Counted from the first letter of the stretch, positions 18,511 through 29,179 are shown. The stretch is DNA of 64,000 nucleotides from Terriglobia bacterium (GCA_963664115.2 CAXWPJ010000009.1:576001-640000); one strand, 5' to 3'. The notes: generated by a model not told the origin, from the letters alone. Translations and numbers: made by a program.

Positions 18511-19233
18511 ATGGGCGGCGAAACCGCCCATGCCAACCTCCCCTCCCAGATGCCCATTCAGATTGCCAGAGCCTGTATTCCTTACACGCCTTTCAAGCGT
18601 GACCTCAATGGTTCGCGGGTAGCTCTCGTGACAACCGCAGGCGTCTATGCGGAGGGAATGGAGCCATTCACGGACAACGATTTAAGCTTCAGGAAGATTC
18701 CCAGTGACGTCGACACCGGAGAGCTTCGGGTTGTTGCCGGTCACTACGACCCCACCTCTGCCGCAGCCGATATCAACTGCGTATTTCCATTGGATAGACT
18801 GAGAGATCTCGTTTCAAACGGTGTCGTGGGGAAGATATCCGACTTCCACATTTCGATGGGACTGACGACCCAGTTGCGGAAACTCAAGGAAGATGTCAGT
18901 TGGACTCTGGCAGAAGAGGTCGCACGGCTACGCCCGGATGTGGTGCTTCTGACCGGTGGCTGACCGCTCTGCCATCGGACGGTCGTCACGATTCAACGGG
19001 CCATCGAGTGCATGGGTATCGCTTCAGTTCTGATTACGGTCTCGCCCGACGAGTCCGAACAAGCCGGCCCCTCCCGCGCGCTATACCCCAAGCCGTTTAC
19101 CGTGGGTCAGTCGCTCGGTCCCCCGCACCAGGCTGCACTCCAGCTTCGAATAATTTCAGACGCGCTGGATCTCTTGAAGAACCCCGGAGAACCCGGGACA
19201 ATCGTTACGAAAGACTACGGTCCTACAGCGTAA
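18511..19233 (+). CDS. PrdB/GrdB-like (glycine/proline reductase selenoprotein B family) protein, TGA=Sec at 18961-18963, 240 aa
   Basis: PYTPF, RVALVTTAGVY, DINCVFPLDRL, DVVLLTGG-TGA-PLCHRT (UxxC); joins ORFs 18511-18963 and 19012-19233 in frame; PSRALY...GQSLGPP C-terminus. Confidence 0.88.
18974..18992 (+). promoter_or_regulatory. Candidate bacterial SECIS for the PrdB-like gene
   Basis: Hand-folded ATCG-GAC[GGTC]GTC-A-CGAT starting 10 nt after TGA; loop begins GG. Confidence 0.55.
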
Positions 19234-19495
19234 TGACTGATTGCAGGCTGGTTATCTCGATCCGCTTCCCGCATCGGGGCGTTTCACAACGGACCGTGTC
19301 GTCGATCCGTACCATATAATCCCGGGCTGCCTTGAAGCGGGCACGATCATCCTCACTGGCATGGCGCGGCAGCGATTTCTTCTTCGAACGAACCCTCCAG
19401 CGGATCTTGTATTCGTTCAACTGTCTACAGGACGGGCAGTTCAAGCGGTGGATCTTGACTTCGTCCTTTTCCGAAAAAAACTCTCGTTCTTCCAC
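19223..19495 (-). CDS. Small basic Cys4 (zinc-binding) hypothetical protein, 90 aa
   Basis: GTG start EEREFFSEK...CPSC...CETPRC; C-terminal part of ORF 19223-20080. Confidence 0.65.
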   Translation of the reverse strand: MEEREFFSEKDEVKIHRLNCPSCRQLNEYKIRWRVRSKKKSLPRHASEDDRARFKAARDYMVRIDDTVRCETPRCGKRIEITSLQSVITL

Positions 19496-19578
19496 GTTAG
19501 TTCGGTCTCTCTTTTTGTGCGTTGTTCGAAGCTCGTGGCCTTTACACCAATGTCCCCAAAATAAAGGCCTCGTTAATC

Positions 19579-19980
19579 TTACATGCTGTGTCCAATAATT
19601 GCGGTCGCGCTCACCAATATCACCGCTAGAAGTTCGATCCCCAGCCACACAGTTCGAAACGCTTCTTCGGGAGAATCCACCCCCGCTTCGGCCGAGTAGC
19701 GAAGGAAGGTCACGGTCACAAGAACGATAACTGTAAGAATTCCCAGCCCGGCATGTCCGGTAACGGTTCCACCACTGCCCAGCCCGCTCATACCTGCCAG
19801 ACTGAAGCCCGTTACAGTGGCAACGACCGCCGCCAGGGCGGCGAATGGTGTAAGGCTTGACCCGATTCGATATAGCCTGGGGGCACGGGCATAGAAGCCG
19901 CGAGCGTCGTAGAAGAACGCCGCAAACGTCAGTGCGATGGGAAAGTGAACGATGAGGGTGTGAAGTTGAATACCAAACAT
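19579..19980 (-). CDS. DUF2231-like membrane protein
   Basis: LHTLIVHFPIAL start and four TM helices with a conserved His. Confidence 0.75.
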   Translation of the reverse strand: MFGIQLHTLIVHFPIALTFAAFFYDARGFYARAPRLYRIGSSLTPFAALAAVVATVTGFSLAGMSGLGSGGTVTGHAGLGILTVIVLVTVTFLRYSAEAGVDSPEEAFRTVWLGIELLAVILVSATAIIGHSM

Positions 19981-20053
19981 TTTTGCTCGATCCAGACTGC
20001 CTGCTGTCGACTGCCTTTCGACACTTTGATTCGCAGGAGGGATGCGGACTCGT

Positions 20054-20124
20054 GAAGGGGACGGACACTTCATGCAACATTATGCCCTGGCGAGTGTATT
20101 TCGTCTGAAGTGTCCGTCCCCTTC
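20054..20124. repeat. Perfect 19-bp inverted repeat (GAAGGGGACGGACACTTCA), REP-like
   Basis: Arms 20054-20072 and 20106-20124, 33-nt spacer, intergenic. Confidence 0.85.
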
Positions 20125-20285
20125 TATCTTCCCCACCGCGGGTTACTCGCCCTCACCTATTCTCTTAACACCGACGGAATCGGTTTGTACAGTCCGGCAA
20201 GAAACGCATCTATCATTACAGTGTGCTTTACGACCGCAGACTTCCGCTTTGCCCGATGACGCTTCCATCCCTATAATTTGCACAT

Positions 20286-21542
20286 ATGCCTGAACAACCA
20301 CGACGGCAATCGCTCACCGTAGATGTCGCCGGTGTCTGCGTGGGGGGCACCCACCCGATCGTCGTACAATCGATGACGAACACCGACACCGGGGACGTCG
20401 CCGCGACCGTGCAACAGATTGCGGCACTTAGTGAAGCTGGATCGGAGTTGGTCCGGATAACGGTCGACACACGGGAATCAGCACAGTCTGTCGCTGAAAT
20501 CGTAGAGAGGCTCCGTGATCAGGGCATCCAAACACCCATCATTGGGGACTTCCACTACAACGGGCACATCCTGCTCCGAGAGTTCCCCGAATGTGCGGCA
20601 GCTCTGGCCAAGTACCGGATTAACCCGGGCAACGTTGGAATGGGCAGCCACCACGACGAAAACTTTGAAACAATAATCGGAATAGCTCGAGACAACCAGA
20701 AAGCCGTTCGTATTGGCGTCAACTGGGGGTCGCTGGACCAGACACTCGTCACCCGGCTGATGGATGAAAACGCGAAACGCAGCGAACCCAGGAACGCCCG
20801 CGGCGTCGTACTCGAAGCGATGGTCACGAGCGCACTTGAATCGGTCCAACTCGCGGAGTCATGTGGCCTTGGCCGGGACAGAATTATATTGAGCGCGAAG
20901 GTTTCGACGGTCTCCGACTTGATCGAAGTATACAGGGATCTGGCATCCCGGACAGACTGCCCACTCCACCTGGGATTGACGGAAGCCGGTATGGGACGAA
21001 AGGGCATCGTTGCCAGCACCGCCGGGCTTTCTGTTCTGCTTGCTGAGGGGATCGGGGACACGATTCGTGTAAGCCTGACCCCTGCCCCCGGGGGCGATCG
21101 CACCGAAGAAGTCCGGATTTGCCGTGACGTTCTCCAGAGTCTCGGTCTTGGCTGCTTCTCACCTCAGGTGGCCGCTTGCCCTGGCTGTGGCCGGACGACG
21201 AGCACTCTATTTCAGGAAATGGCCCAGGACATCGAAAAATATCTCGAAAGTCAGATGCCGAAGTGGAGAGGGCTTTACACAGGAGTAGAGGAACTGCGAG
21301 TTGCTGTTATGGGATGTGTGGTCAACGGACCGGGCGAGTCGAAACATGCCGACATCGGGATCTCACTCCCAGGGAACGGTGAGGAACCCAAGGCTCCCGT
21401 TTATGTCGATTCCAGTCTCCACACGACCCTTCGGGGCGACACCATAGTCAGCGATTTCATCGCTATCCTGGAAGAGTATGTCCGGACACGGTACGGCAAG
21501 AAACCAGTTAGGAGTTCGACCTTGCGGAATCCCCGCACTTAA
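20286..21542 (+). CDS. ispG: HMBPP synthase
   Basis: [47 protein letters not shown]. Confidence 0.96.
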   Translation: MPEQPRRQSLTVDVAGVCVGGTHPIVVQSMTNTDTGDVAATVQQIAALSEAGSELVRITVDTRESAQSVAEIVERLRDQGIQTPIIGDFHYNGHILLREFPECAAALAKYRINPGNVGMGSHHDENFETIIGIARDNQKAVRIGVNWGSLDQTLVTRLMDENAKRSEPRNARGVVLEAMVTSALESVQLAESCGLGRDRIILSAKVSTVSDLIEVYRDLASRTDCPLHLGLTEAGMGRKGIVASTAGLSVLLAEGIGDTIRVSLTPAPGGDRTEEVRICRDVLQSLGLGCFSPQVAACPGCGRTTSTLFQEMAQDIEKYLESQMPKWRGLYTGVEELRVAVMGCVVNGPGESKHADIGISLPGNGEEPKAPVYVDSSLHTTLRGDTIVSDFIAILEEYVRTRYGKKPVRSSTLRNPRT

Positions 21543-21837
21543 ATTTCAACTTCCTATTTCTTGTTCGACGGTTTAACTCCGGAGAAACGGACGGCTGGTC
21601 TTTGTGAGGGAAAGAAAGCAGCTTCGGAAATTCCTCCTCCACGCAAAACCAGGCGGCTGCGGTCGAACCCTCCGATGACGAAAATTACGCTATCTCGACC
21701 CACTGCGACCCCATTTCATCCCTGCTTCGTCTATGATAGATACCGAACCGCCCAGCAATAGGCAGATGAAAAATAGGTTAATTGTTGCTGAGAATTCTGT
21801 TAAATTTGCCTCATCGCGTTGGAGGATTACGAAAACC

Positions 21838-22347
21838 ATGAAGATTAAGTACGTCTTTGGCTGTCTGGCCCTGTTATTGGCCTTGAGCGTAAATGCATCG
21901 GCACAGCTGATTGCAGGAACCCCGGAGGACATGCTGTATCAGCGGATAACGGACGCCCCCGATCTGGACCAGAAGATGGAGCTGTGCCTACAGTTTGAGA
22001 CAGAGTTCCCCGATTCCAGCGTGCTGGGTGACGTCTACACGCTCTTGATGGACGCCCATAATCAGAGGAACGAATCCGATCAAACGATCGAATACGGAGA
22101 AAAGGCCCTCGAAGTGGACGGGGAAAACGTCACCGCGTTGATGACTGTGGCTCGAACGCTGTCGGTAGCCAGACAGCAACCGGCCAAGGCGGTGGATTAC
22201 GCGGAACGCGCTGTAAACACAATTGAGCAAATGAAGACCGGCGATATGCCGCAACAGTTCACACCGGAAACGTGGCAAGCCTACCTCACGAGTCTGGAAG
22301 GCCCTGCCCGGGACATCCTCAGTTACGCCAGGGCTGTCAGCCCTTAG
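21838..22347 (+). CDS. Exported TPR-like protein
   Basis: Signal peptide (ASA/Q) and a TPR-like YGEKALEVD segment. Confidence 0.65.
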   Translation: MKIKYVFGCLALLLALSVNASAQLIAGTPEDMLYQRITDAPDLDQKMELCLQFETEFPDSSVLGDVYTLLMDAHNQRNESDQTIEYGEKALEVDGENVTALMTVARTLSVARQQPAKAVDYAERAVNTIEQMKTGDMPQQFTPETWQAYLTSLEGPARDILSYARAVSP

Positions 22348-22429
22348 CATCCCCTCTAGCGGATATTTTCGGATGGGAGGAGCGCTCTCATCCAACCCAG
22401 CTCTCGTTCTCGGACAAGTGTGTCCCAAA

Positions 22430-24028
22430 TCAGGCGATGTCGAACTGCCGCAGGAAATGGAGTGAAGTGAGTCCTTCACCCGTGGCGCGCTCCAACAAAG
22501 AGTTCCACGCCCATCGCGCCCCCGGCTCGAAAACCTGCTCCCTCATGTATGCACCCACCTCTGGGGTAAACATGTCCCCGTCGGGGGCCACCTCTCGCCC
22601 GACGTATTCCAGAACCTGAGACGCCATCAGCTCACCTAGGATGTAATTGTGGTAGTAGACCGGAACGATCGCGAGGTGGATCTTCGACGCCCAATCGGGA
22701 CGGGTTCTATCTGAAGGCGGTGCCACCTTCTGGATCCGTTCGACAAGATCCCACCAGAGTGACCCAAGATCCTGGCGCGGATCGCGGTACAACTCTCTTT
22801 CAAAGCGTACGAGCGTGAGCGCCCATCTCACAAAGACCAGCATCGAGCTTCGAAGAGCCTGGAATATCTCCTCACCCATTTCCTCTGCCGTCTCGACGGG
22901 GACTCCCGCAAAACGGACGAGCCAGGACGGGGTTTTGGTCATTCGTCCGTTCAGCATGGCGACGGCTTCTGTCGTAAACGTGTGGGCGGGCCTGCGCAGA
23001 GCGAACGGCAGGGAACGATCGTTGTACTTGTCATAGACGGCATGTCCGAATTCGTGGAGCATGACGCTCATCCACCGCTCATTGTGACGGATATTGCACA
23101 GAACCCTTACGTCGCCCGCATGGTCTACGTCCAGACAGAATGCGTGTTGAGATTTTCCCTCGCGCTCGTACAGATCAGCATCCAGCAAAAGGTCATCGAT
23201 TTCCATACCCTGGCTCTGGAAGTGCCTGCGGGTCAACTCTTCGAGGTTCTGGTTCTCGAAGATTGCGTCAAGTTTCCGAGTGACACCCATCGACGGGAGC
23301 TCCTGGAAAAACGGATCGCTGTAGAGCCAGGGGTGGCTCGCGGCTCCAGGGACGCCAAACCGTTGTTTGAGTTCCTGATCCAGTTCTGCCTTGGCATTGA
23401 TATAGGCAGTTTCCGACGCGCTCTCCAATTCGTCCAACAGGCTGAACAACCATCCCTCCTCGAATTCCTGGGTCTCCAGCATGAGCGTGTAGTAGTCCGC
23501 GAATCCAAGCCTCGAGGCTTCCTTGTTTCGAAGTTCGACCAGAGCGATCACGTCCTCCGCAACTGCCTCACCCACCTGTTTGCTCGCTTCCCACACTCGA
23601 CGGCGGTGATCGATGTCCTCCAAAGAACCCAGCATTTCGCGCAGTTCGTTGTCCGACACCTTGCGACTGTCAAGATCCGCACGGAAAGTGTTGAAGGTGT
23701 TTTCGATCTGAGCCTCCTTGTAGACAATCTCCTTGAGAACGTCCGCATCCATCTGGTAGGGAAGGAAGTCCAGGTAAGCACACTCCAGCTCGCGAGCGCT
23801 TACTTCGCCAAGATCTCCACTCATTTCCTTGCGCCACGACTTCAAGCGCTCAAAGGCCTTTCTATCTCTGTAGACATCCAGATACCGGCCCTTGGCCGCG
23901 ACAAGCGCGTCGACCGACTCGGGGGTGCCTGTCAGAGACATTTCCCAGAAGCTTCGCGAGTAATCCCGGTGGAGGGGCTCTATCGCTTTGTTGTGTTGGG
24001 TGAGGAAAGCCCGGAGTTCTTTGTGCAT
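22430..24028 (-). CDS. M2/M3-family zinc metallopeptidase
   Basis: HEFGH...TEAVA, YYHNY. Confidence 0.85.
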   Translation of the reverse strand: MHKELRAFLTQHNKAIEPLHRDYSRSFWEMSLTGTPESVDALVAAKGRYLDVYRDRKAFERLKSWRKEMSGDLGEVSARELECAYLDFLPYQMDADVLKEIVYKEAQIENTFNTFRADLDSRKVSDNELREMLGSLEDIDHRRRVWEASKQVGEAVAEDVIALVELRNKEASRLGFADYYTLMLETQEFEEGWLFSLLDELESASETAYINAKAELDQELKQRFGVPGAASHPWLYSDPFFQELPSMGVTRKLDAIFENQNLEELTRRHFQSQGMEIDDLLLDADLYEREGKSQHAFCLDVDHAGDVRVLCNIRHNERWMSVMLHEFGHAVYDKYNDRSLPFALRRPAHTFTTEAVAMLNGRMTKTPSWLVRFAGVPVETAEEMGEEIFQALRSSMLVFVRWALTLVRFERELYRDPRQDLGSLWWDLVERIQKVAPPSDRTRPDWASKIHLAIVPVYYHNYILGELMASQVLEYVGREVAPDGDMFTPEVGAYMREQVFEPGARWAWNSLLERATGEGLTSLHFLRQFDIA

Positions 24029-24038
24029 TGCTCCAAAT

Positions 24039-24374
24039 CTACTCGGGCGTCACGAAATCGGTTACCGTTAGCCCGCTGGCGTACTTTCGGATCTCCTGAC
24101 CCACCTCGACGTGGAACGGGTCCTTCTGGTAGATCTCCAAGCCCTCCTCATCCGCGAAGTCCATCAGCAAGACATACTGAAATTCGGAGGACATGCGGGC
24201 GCGATATCCGGCGTCTCGCGGCTGGAGCACTTCACCGATGGCCAGCCGCCGCACAGAGCGAATGTCTGATAATTTACGAATCTGCCCAAACAAGTCCTCG
24301 CGGTCAGAATCCGAAGTATCAGCCTTCAAGTTCAACATCAACATGTGACGAATCATCTCGTTTGTCTCCTTCAA
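24039..24374 (-). CDS. Dabb-family stress-responsive A/B barrel protein
   Basis: IRH start and F.D...L..YQ.DPFH motif. Confidence 0.75.
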   Translation of the reverse strand: MKETNEMIRHMLMLNLKADTSDSDREDLFGQIRKLSDIRSVRRLAIGEVLQPRDAGYRARMSSEFQYVLLMDFADEEGLEIYQKDPFHVEVGQEIRKYASGLTVTDFVTPE

Positions 24375-25282
24375 TCGGGGCTTCTAACGGACGGATCGCG
24401 AACCTCGGTGCCGGCCAGCTCTTCAAAAAATTGAATGATTCCGCTATGGTCGTCCCCGCCCCGGGACCGGGCCTGCATGGCTCTAAGGAACTGCTGAACC
24501 AGTGCGGTCGTGGGGATTGGAACTCCCAGGGAAGCTGCGGCTGCCTGGACCAGACCCAGATCTTTTTGATGGAGATCGATCTTAAACCCCGGCGCAAAAT
24601 CACCGGACAGGATTTTTTCCGACTTCTGTTCCAGGCAACGACTGGCAGCCATACCACCGGAGAGCGCCTGGATCATTTTCCTGGGATTCACACCCGATCG
24701 CGCACCGAACACAAGGGCCTCACCCATTGCCGTCAGATTGATCGCCACGATCATCTGGTTGGCCAACTTGGTAAACCCTCCGCTCCCCAGAGATCCCATG
24801 TGGGTAATCGTTCGACCCATGACTTCAAACAGCGGCTGCGCCCGTTCGAAATCGGAGGATTCCCCGCCGACCATGATCGAGAGAATTCCCTCGATTGCGC
24901 CGGGTTCACCGCCACTGACGGGTGCGTCGAGCATAGCGACGCCCTTCGCTGCGAGTGCCTCGCCTATTTTCTGAGATATGAGAGGGTTGATTGTGCTCAT
25001 GTCGATCAGCAGCTGGCCCTCACGTGCCGCCTCGATGAGCCCGTCCGGACCCAAAGCCACGGATTCGACATCAGGCGAATCCGGAAGCATGGTGACTATG
25101 ATCTCGGAAGCTTCCCCCACCTGGCGCGGTGATTCGGCCCTGCCCGCACCCTCATGGCCCAGTTCATCGACGTTCCCGCGGCTTCTGTTGTGAACCAACA
25201 GCGGATACCCGGCCTTCAGCAGATTCCGAGCCATGGGCTTGCCCATGATTCCCAATCCAATAAACCCAATCTTTGTTTTCAT
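24371..25282 (-). CDS. garR: 2-hydroxy-3-oxopropionate reductase / beta-hydroxyacid dehydrogenase
   Basis: GFIGLGIMGKPMA, DAPVSGG, KLANQ, PGFKIDLHQKDL. Confidence 0.85.
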   Translation of the reverse strand: MKTKIGFIGLGIMGKPMARNLLKAGYPLLVHNRSRGNVDELGHEGAGRAESPRQVGEASEIIVTMLPDSPDVESVALGPDGLIEAAREGQLLIDMSTINPLISQKIGEALAAKGVAMLDAPVSGGEPGAIEGILSIMVGGESSDFERAQPLFEVMGRTITHMGSLGSGGFTKLANQMIVAINLTAMGEALVFGARSGVNPRKMIQALSGGMAASRCLEQKSEKILSGDFAPGFKIDLHQKDLGLVQAAAASLGVPIPTTALVQQFLRAMQARSRGGDDHSGIIQFFEELAGTEVRDPSVRSPD

Positions 25283-25307
25283 ATATATTCAACTCAAGAA
25301 CAGATGA

Positions 25308-25437
25308 AACGCAGAGACGCGGAGATGCAGAGGAAGAAATGACAAGTTAAGAGTGACGAATTCGCTGACCAAAGGTCATTACTGGCCCAGAAAATACATT
25401 CATCCTCTGCGTCTTTGCGCCTTTGCGCCTTTGCGTT
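25308..25437. repeat. Inverted pair of short CGCAAAGG/CGCAGAGA-type repeat tracts between acs and garR
   Basis: AACGCAGAGACGCGGAGATGCAGAGG ... CCTCTGCGTCTTTGCGCCTTTGCGCCTTTGCGTT. Confidence 0.7.
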
Positions 25438-25469
25438 GAAATCTTCTCTCCGTGCCGCTGTCGGCGCTA

Positions 25470-27425
25470 TCAAGCTTCTTCGGACTCACGGAGTTTCGCC
25501 AGGACAGCATAGTCTTCAAGCGTCGTCGTGTCCCCAACGGCTTCCTTGCCCGAAGCCAGGTCCCGGAGGAGGCGCCGCATGATCTTGCCGCTTCGTGTCT
25601 TGGGAAGCGCATCGGTAAACCGGATCTGCTCGGGTTTGGCAAAAGCGCCGATAACTTTTCCGACGTGATCTCTCAGTTCGTTTTTGAGTTCCGGCGTGGG
25701 TTCACTATCACCGGTTGGCGTTACGAAGGCTACGACGCCCTGGCCCTTAATTTCGTGTTCGATCCCGACCGCAGCCGCTTCAGCGACGTTTGGATGGCTG
25801 ACGAGGGCACTTTCGACTTCCATCGTACCGATCCGGTGCCCCGAAACATTGATCACATCGTCGATGCGGCCCATGATCCAGAAGTAGCCGTCCTCATCCC
25901 GGCGAGCGCCGTCGCCGGTAAAGTAGACACCGGGAATTTCATCCCAGTACTGTTTCTTCATTCGCTCCGGATCGCCATAGATCGTCCGCAGCATGGATGG
26001 CCAGGGACGTTTGAGTACAAGGAAGCCACCCTGGTTGTCGGGGAGTGAGTTCCCATCGCGATCGACAACGTCGGGAACAATGCCAGGCAAGGGGCGCGTT
26101 CCGGAGCCGGGCTTTGTGGGTGTCGCTCCAGGCAGCGGGGAGATCATGATGGAACCGGTCTCGGTCTGCCACCAGGTATCTACGATCGGACAGTTTTCGC
26201 TCCCGATTTTGGAGTGGTACCACATCCAGGCTTCGGGGTTGATAGGCTCACCGACGGTTCCAAGCAATCGAAGGCTCGAAAGGTCGTGCTTTGCCGGCCA
26301 TTGATCGCCCCACTTGATGAAAGCCCGGATGGCCGTGGGGGCCGTGTAGAAGATGTTGATCCGATACTTCTCGATTATTGACCAGAGCCTGTCGGGCTCC
26401 GGATAGTTTGGAGCGCCCTCATACATCACGCTGGTCGTGCCGTTGAGCAAGGGCCCGTAAACGATATAGCTGTGTCCGGTGACCCATCCGATGTCGGCAC
26501 CACACCAGAACGTATCCTCATCTCGAAGATCGAAGACCCACTTCGCCGTCGCGTAGGCACTCACCATATAGCCGCCCGTCGTATGGACCACACCTTTCGG
26601 TTTTCCCGTCGTCCCGCTCGTGTAGAGCATGAACAAGGGGTGTTCAGCGTCCAACCAGACGGCCTCGGATTGGTCCGACGACTCGGCCATAAGTTCATGC
26701 CACCAGAGATCACGCCCAGATTCCATCCCAACCGTCTCCCCGGTCCGCCTGACGACAACGACTTTCTCCACCGAAGGCGCACCACCACCGAGAGCATCGT
26801 CCACGTTCTTCTTCAGAGGAACGATCACACCTCTACGATAGCCACCGTCAGCGGTGATGAGAATCTTCGATCCTGAGTCGTTGATACGGTCGCGCAACGC
26901 TTCTGCGCTGAACCCTCCGAACACAACGTTGTGCATCACACCCAGGCGGGCACACGCCAACATCGCTATAGGTAGTTCGGGCACCATTCCCAGATAGATC
27001 GTCGCTCGATCACCGCTCCGAAGACCCAGGGAAACCAGGACGTTGGTAAACCGGCAGACTTCACGATGCAGCATCTGGTAAGTCAGAATCCGCTGGTCAC
27101 CCGGTTCGCCCTCCCAGAGCAACGCTACGCGGTTCTTGCGCCAGCCGGAGAGATGACGGTCGAGGCAGTTGTAGGACAAGTTCGTCTTCGCACCCACGAA
27201 CCACTTCGCAACGGGCTCGTTCCATTCGAGAACCTTCGACCACGGTTCGAACCACTCCAGCTCGGATGCGATCTCGGACCAGAATACGTCGGGCTCATCC
27301 AGCGATCGTCGATACATCTCCTCGTACGCATCCATGCTCGAAATTCTGGCCTGGCTGGAAAATTCCGCACTGGGGGGGAAGACGCGACTTTCTTTAAGAG
27401 AGGATTCAATGTTCGTATCAGCCAT
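25470..27425 (-). CDS. acs: Acetyl-CoA synthetase
   Basis: [31 protein letters not shown]. Confidence 0.97.
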   Translation of the reverse strand: MADTNIESSLKESRVFPPSAEFSSQARISSMDAYEEMYRRSLDEPDVFWSEIASELEWFEPWSKVLEWNEPVAKWFVGAKTNLSYNCLDRHLSGWRKNRVALLWEGEPGDQRILTYQMLHREVCRFTNVLVSLGLRSGDRATIYLGMVPELPIAMLACARLGVMHNVVFGGFSAEALRDRINDSGSKILITADGGYRRGVIVPLKKNVDDALGGGAPSVEKVVVVRRTGETVGMESGRDLWWHELMAESSDQSEAVWLDAEHPLFMLYTSGTTGKPKGVVHTTGGYMVSAYATAKWVFDLRDEDTFWCGADIGWVTGHSYIVYGPLLNGTTSVMYEGAPNYPEPDRLWSIIEKYRINIFYTAPTAIRAFIKWGDQWPAKHDLSSLRLLGTVGEPINPEAWMWYHSKIGSENCPIVDTWWQTETGSIMISPLPGATPTKPGSGTRPLPGIVPDVVDRDGNSLPDNQGGFLVLKRPWPSMLRTIYGDPERMKKQYWDEIPGVYFTGDGARRDEDGYFWIMGRIDDVINVSGHRIGTMEVESALVSHPNVAEAAAVGIEHEIKGQGVVAFVTPTGDSEPTPELKNELRDHVGKVIGAFAKPEQIRFTDALPKTRSGKIMRRLLRDLASGKEAVGDTTTLEDYAVLAKLRESEEA

Positions 27426-27580
27426 GAGTGGATCCTTATTCTGTTACTCGGATTTCGCGGATCTATCTTCAGACATGAATTACACGCATCCGACTGATCA
27501 GACAGCTACGTCTAATCGGCGTAGTCCGCGTATTCGTAATTGCCGGCTCAGGGAGGATAAACCAGAGGGGAAACACATGC

Positions 27581-27611
27581 AAAAAAGGGCGGCCGTCCGG
27601 CCGCCCTTTTT
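27581..27611. terminator. Bidirectional intrinsic terminator (originally directly after the ferredoxin gene)
   Basis: AAAAAGGGCGGCCG-TC-CGGCCGCCCTTTTT. Confidence 0.85.
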
Positions 27612-27633
27612 CGACTTTCAACTCGATGGACTA

Positions 27634-28784
27634 GTGGTCCCCGTTAAACAGACTGTAACTTATCAAGATTTCGCCGGCCGCGCTGGACTTTAGCAAGGAT
27701 GTCGGAAGCCGTTGCAGTCCAGATGAAGGGTTTCGGGTCTTCATTGTGACGAGCGAGGTAGTCCTCCACGGCCTGGATCAACTCGGGGACCGAGCGGAAA
27801 ACGCCACGCCGGAGTCGTTGCTCGGACAGATCCCGGAAAAAGCGCTCGACCATGTTGAGCCACGACGCACTGGTTGGCGTGAAGTGCACATGAAAACGCT
27901 TGTTACGCTTGAGCCAGTTGACGACTTTCTGATGTTTGTGAGTCGCATAGTTGTCGCAAATAATGTGGATCTCCTTATCTTTCGGCATGGCGCGTTTGAT
28001 CTGATTCAGAAACCGGATCCATTCCTGATGGCGATGCTTTGGCATGCAGGTTCCGATGACCGAACCGTCCAGGATGTTGAGCGCGGCGAAAAGCGTGGTT
28101 GTCCCGTTACGTTTGTAATCGTGGGTCATGGTGCCACACCGCCCCTTCTTCAGAGGTAACCCGGGTTGCGTGCGGTCCAGGGCCTGCATCTGGCTCTTCT
28201 CATCGCAGGACAAGACAATGGCGTTTTCCGGTGGGCTCAGATACAGACCGACCACATCCTCCAGCTTTTCGGCGAATCGTTTGTCGTTGGATAGTTTGAA
28301 GGTTCGTGACAGATGAGGCTTCAGTCCATGGACCCGCCAGATTTTCCCGACCGTGGACTCGCTCACGCCAACGGCCTTCGCCATCGAGGCCCGACTCCAG
28401 TGCGTCGCGTTCGGGGGCTTCTCTTCCAGTGTCTTCTTGACGATCCGGGCTCGCTTCCGGCGACTGATCGTGGGAATCCGTCCGCTTCGCGGCGCATCCT
28501 TTTCGATCCCAGCCAAGCCCTGTTCCACAAAACGATTGCGCCAGCGGCCCGCTTTCTGGCGCGTGATCTCCAAGCGGGCGGCGATCTCATAATTGTTCCG
28601 ACCTTCAGCGGCCAGTAATACAATTCGGGATCGTTCCGCCAACCGGACCGATGTACTCCGGCTTCGACTCAGTCGCTCCAACTCCATCCGCTGCTTGTCA
28701 TCCAATTCAATGGTCGGTGCTTTCCTCATTCTCTATTGGACGTTGGAAAGCTATTTTAGTTACATTACTTCGAGCGGGGTACAC
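27634..28784 (-). mobile_element. IS630-family insertion sequence with TA duplication
   Basis: Ends (CTA)GTGGTCCCCG and CGGGGTACAC(TAG); TA at 27632-33 and 28785-86. Confidence 0.9.
27644..28729 (-). CDS. IS630 transposase
   Basis: HTH, DEKSQMQALDR, HDYKRNGTTTLFAA, DNYATHK, SWLNMVERFF. Confidence 0.96.
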   Translation of the reverse strand: MRKAPTIELDDKQRMELERLSRSRSTSVRLAERSRIVLLAAEGRNNYEIAARLEITRQKAGRWRNRFVEQGLAGIEKDAPRSGRIPTISRRKRARIVKKTLEEKPPNATHWSRASMAKAVGVSESTVGKIWRVHGLKPHLSRTFKLSNDKRFAEKLEDVVGLYLSPPENAIVLSCDEKSQMQALDRTQPGLPLKKGRCGTMTHDYKRNGTTTLFAALNILDGSVIGTCMPKHRHQEWIRFLNQIKRAMPKDKEIHIICDNYATHKHQKVVNWLKRNKRFHVHFTPTSASWLNMVERFFRDLSEQRLRRGVFRSVPELIQAVEDYLARHNEDPKPFIWTATASDILAKVQRGRRNLDKLQSV

Positions 28785-29053
28785 TAGTCCTTGGTCAGAC
28801 CAAAATACTCATAGTTCGGTGCGATGTATTTCTCTTCTTCCTCCGGCACGTTGTCCTCAGGCCAAATGGCAGTGACCGGGCAGGCTGGCTCACAGGCACC
28901 ACAATCGATGCACTCCTCCGGATGAATGAAGAGCATCTCCGATTCTTCGAAGCCATCTTCATCTTTCTTGGGATGAATGCAATCTACCGGACACGCATCA
29001 ACGCAAGCCGTGTCCTTAGTGCCGATGCACGGCGAACCGATGATATAGGTCAT
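28784..29053 (-). CDS. Dicluster (7Fe-type) ferredoxin
   Basis: CIGTKDTACVDACPVDC and CIDCGACEPACP. Confidence 0.93.
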   Translation of the reverse strand: MTYIIGSPCIGTKDTACVDACPVDCIHPKKDEDGFEESEMLFIHPEECIDCGACEPACPVTAIWPEDNVPEEEEKYIAPNYEYFGLTKD

Positions 29054-29179
29054 TCTGATCTCCTCTCCTTACAATTTAATTATGGCGTCCGAAAAATGAC
29101 ATTATACACCGACTTTTGCCAACAGGCTGTGGCAGAAGTATCGAGCGCCGCGCCGCACGTCTTACCGATAATCCTCGCG

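Noticed and set aside
18017-19233. Reading the two TGA-split genes as nonsense pseudogenes
   Set aside because: Two independent stops, both TGA, both at the catalytic Cys position and followed by SECIS-like stems, fit selenocysteine far better
19223-20080. 285-aa minus-strand ORF as a single gene
   Set aside because: Its N-terminal part overlaps the DUF2231-like gene in another frame; only the last 90 codons look genuine
22982-25132. 716-aa plus-strand ORF
   Set aside because: Antisense shadow of the peptidase, Dabb and garR genes; no recognisable motifs
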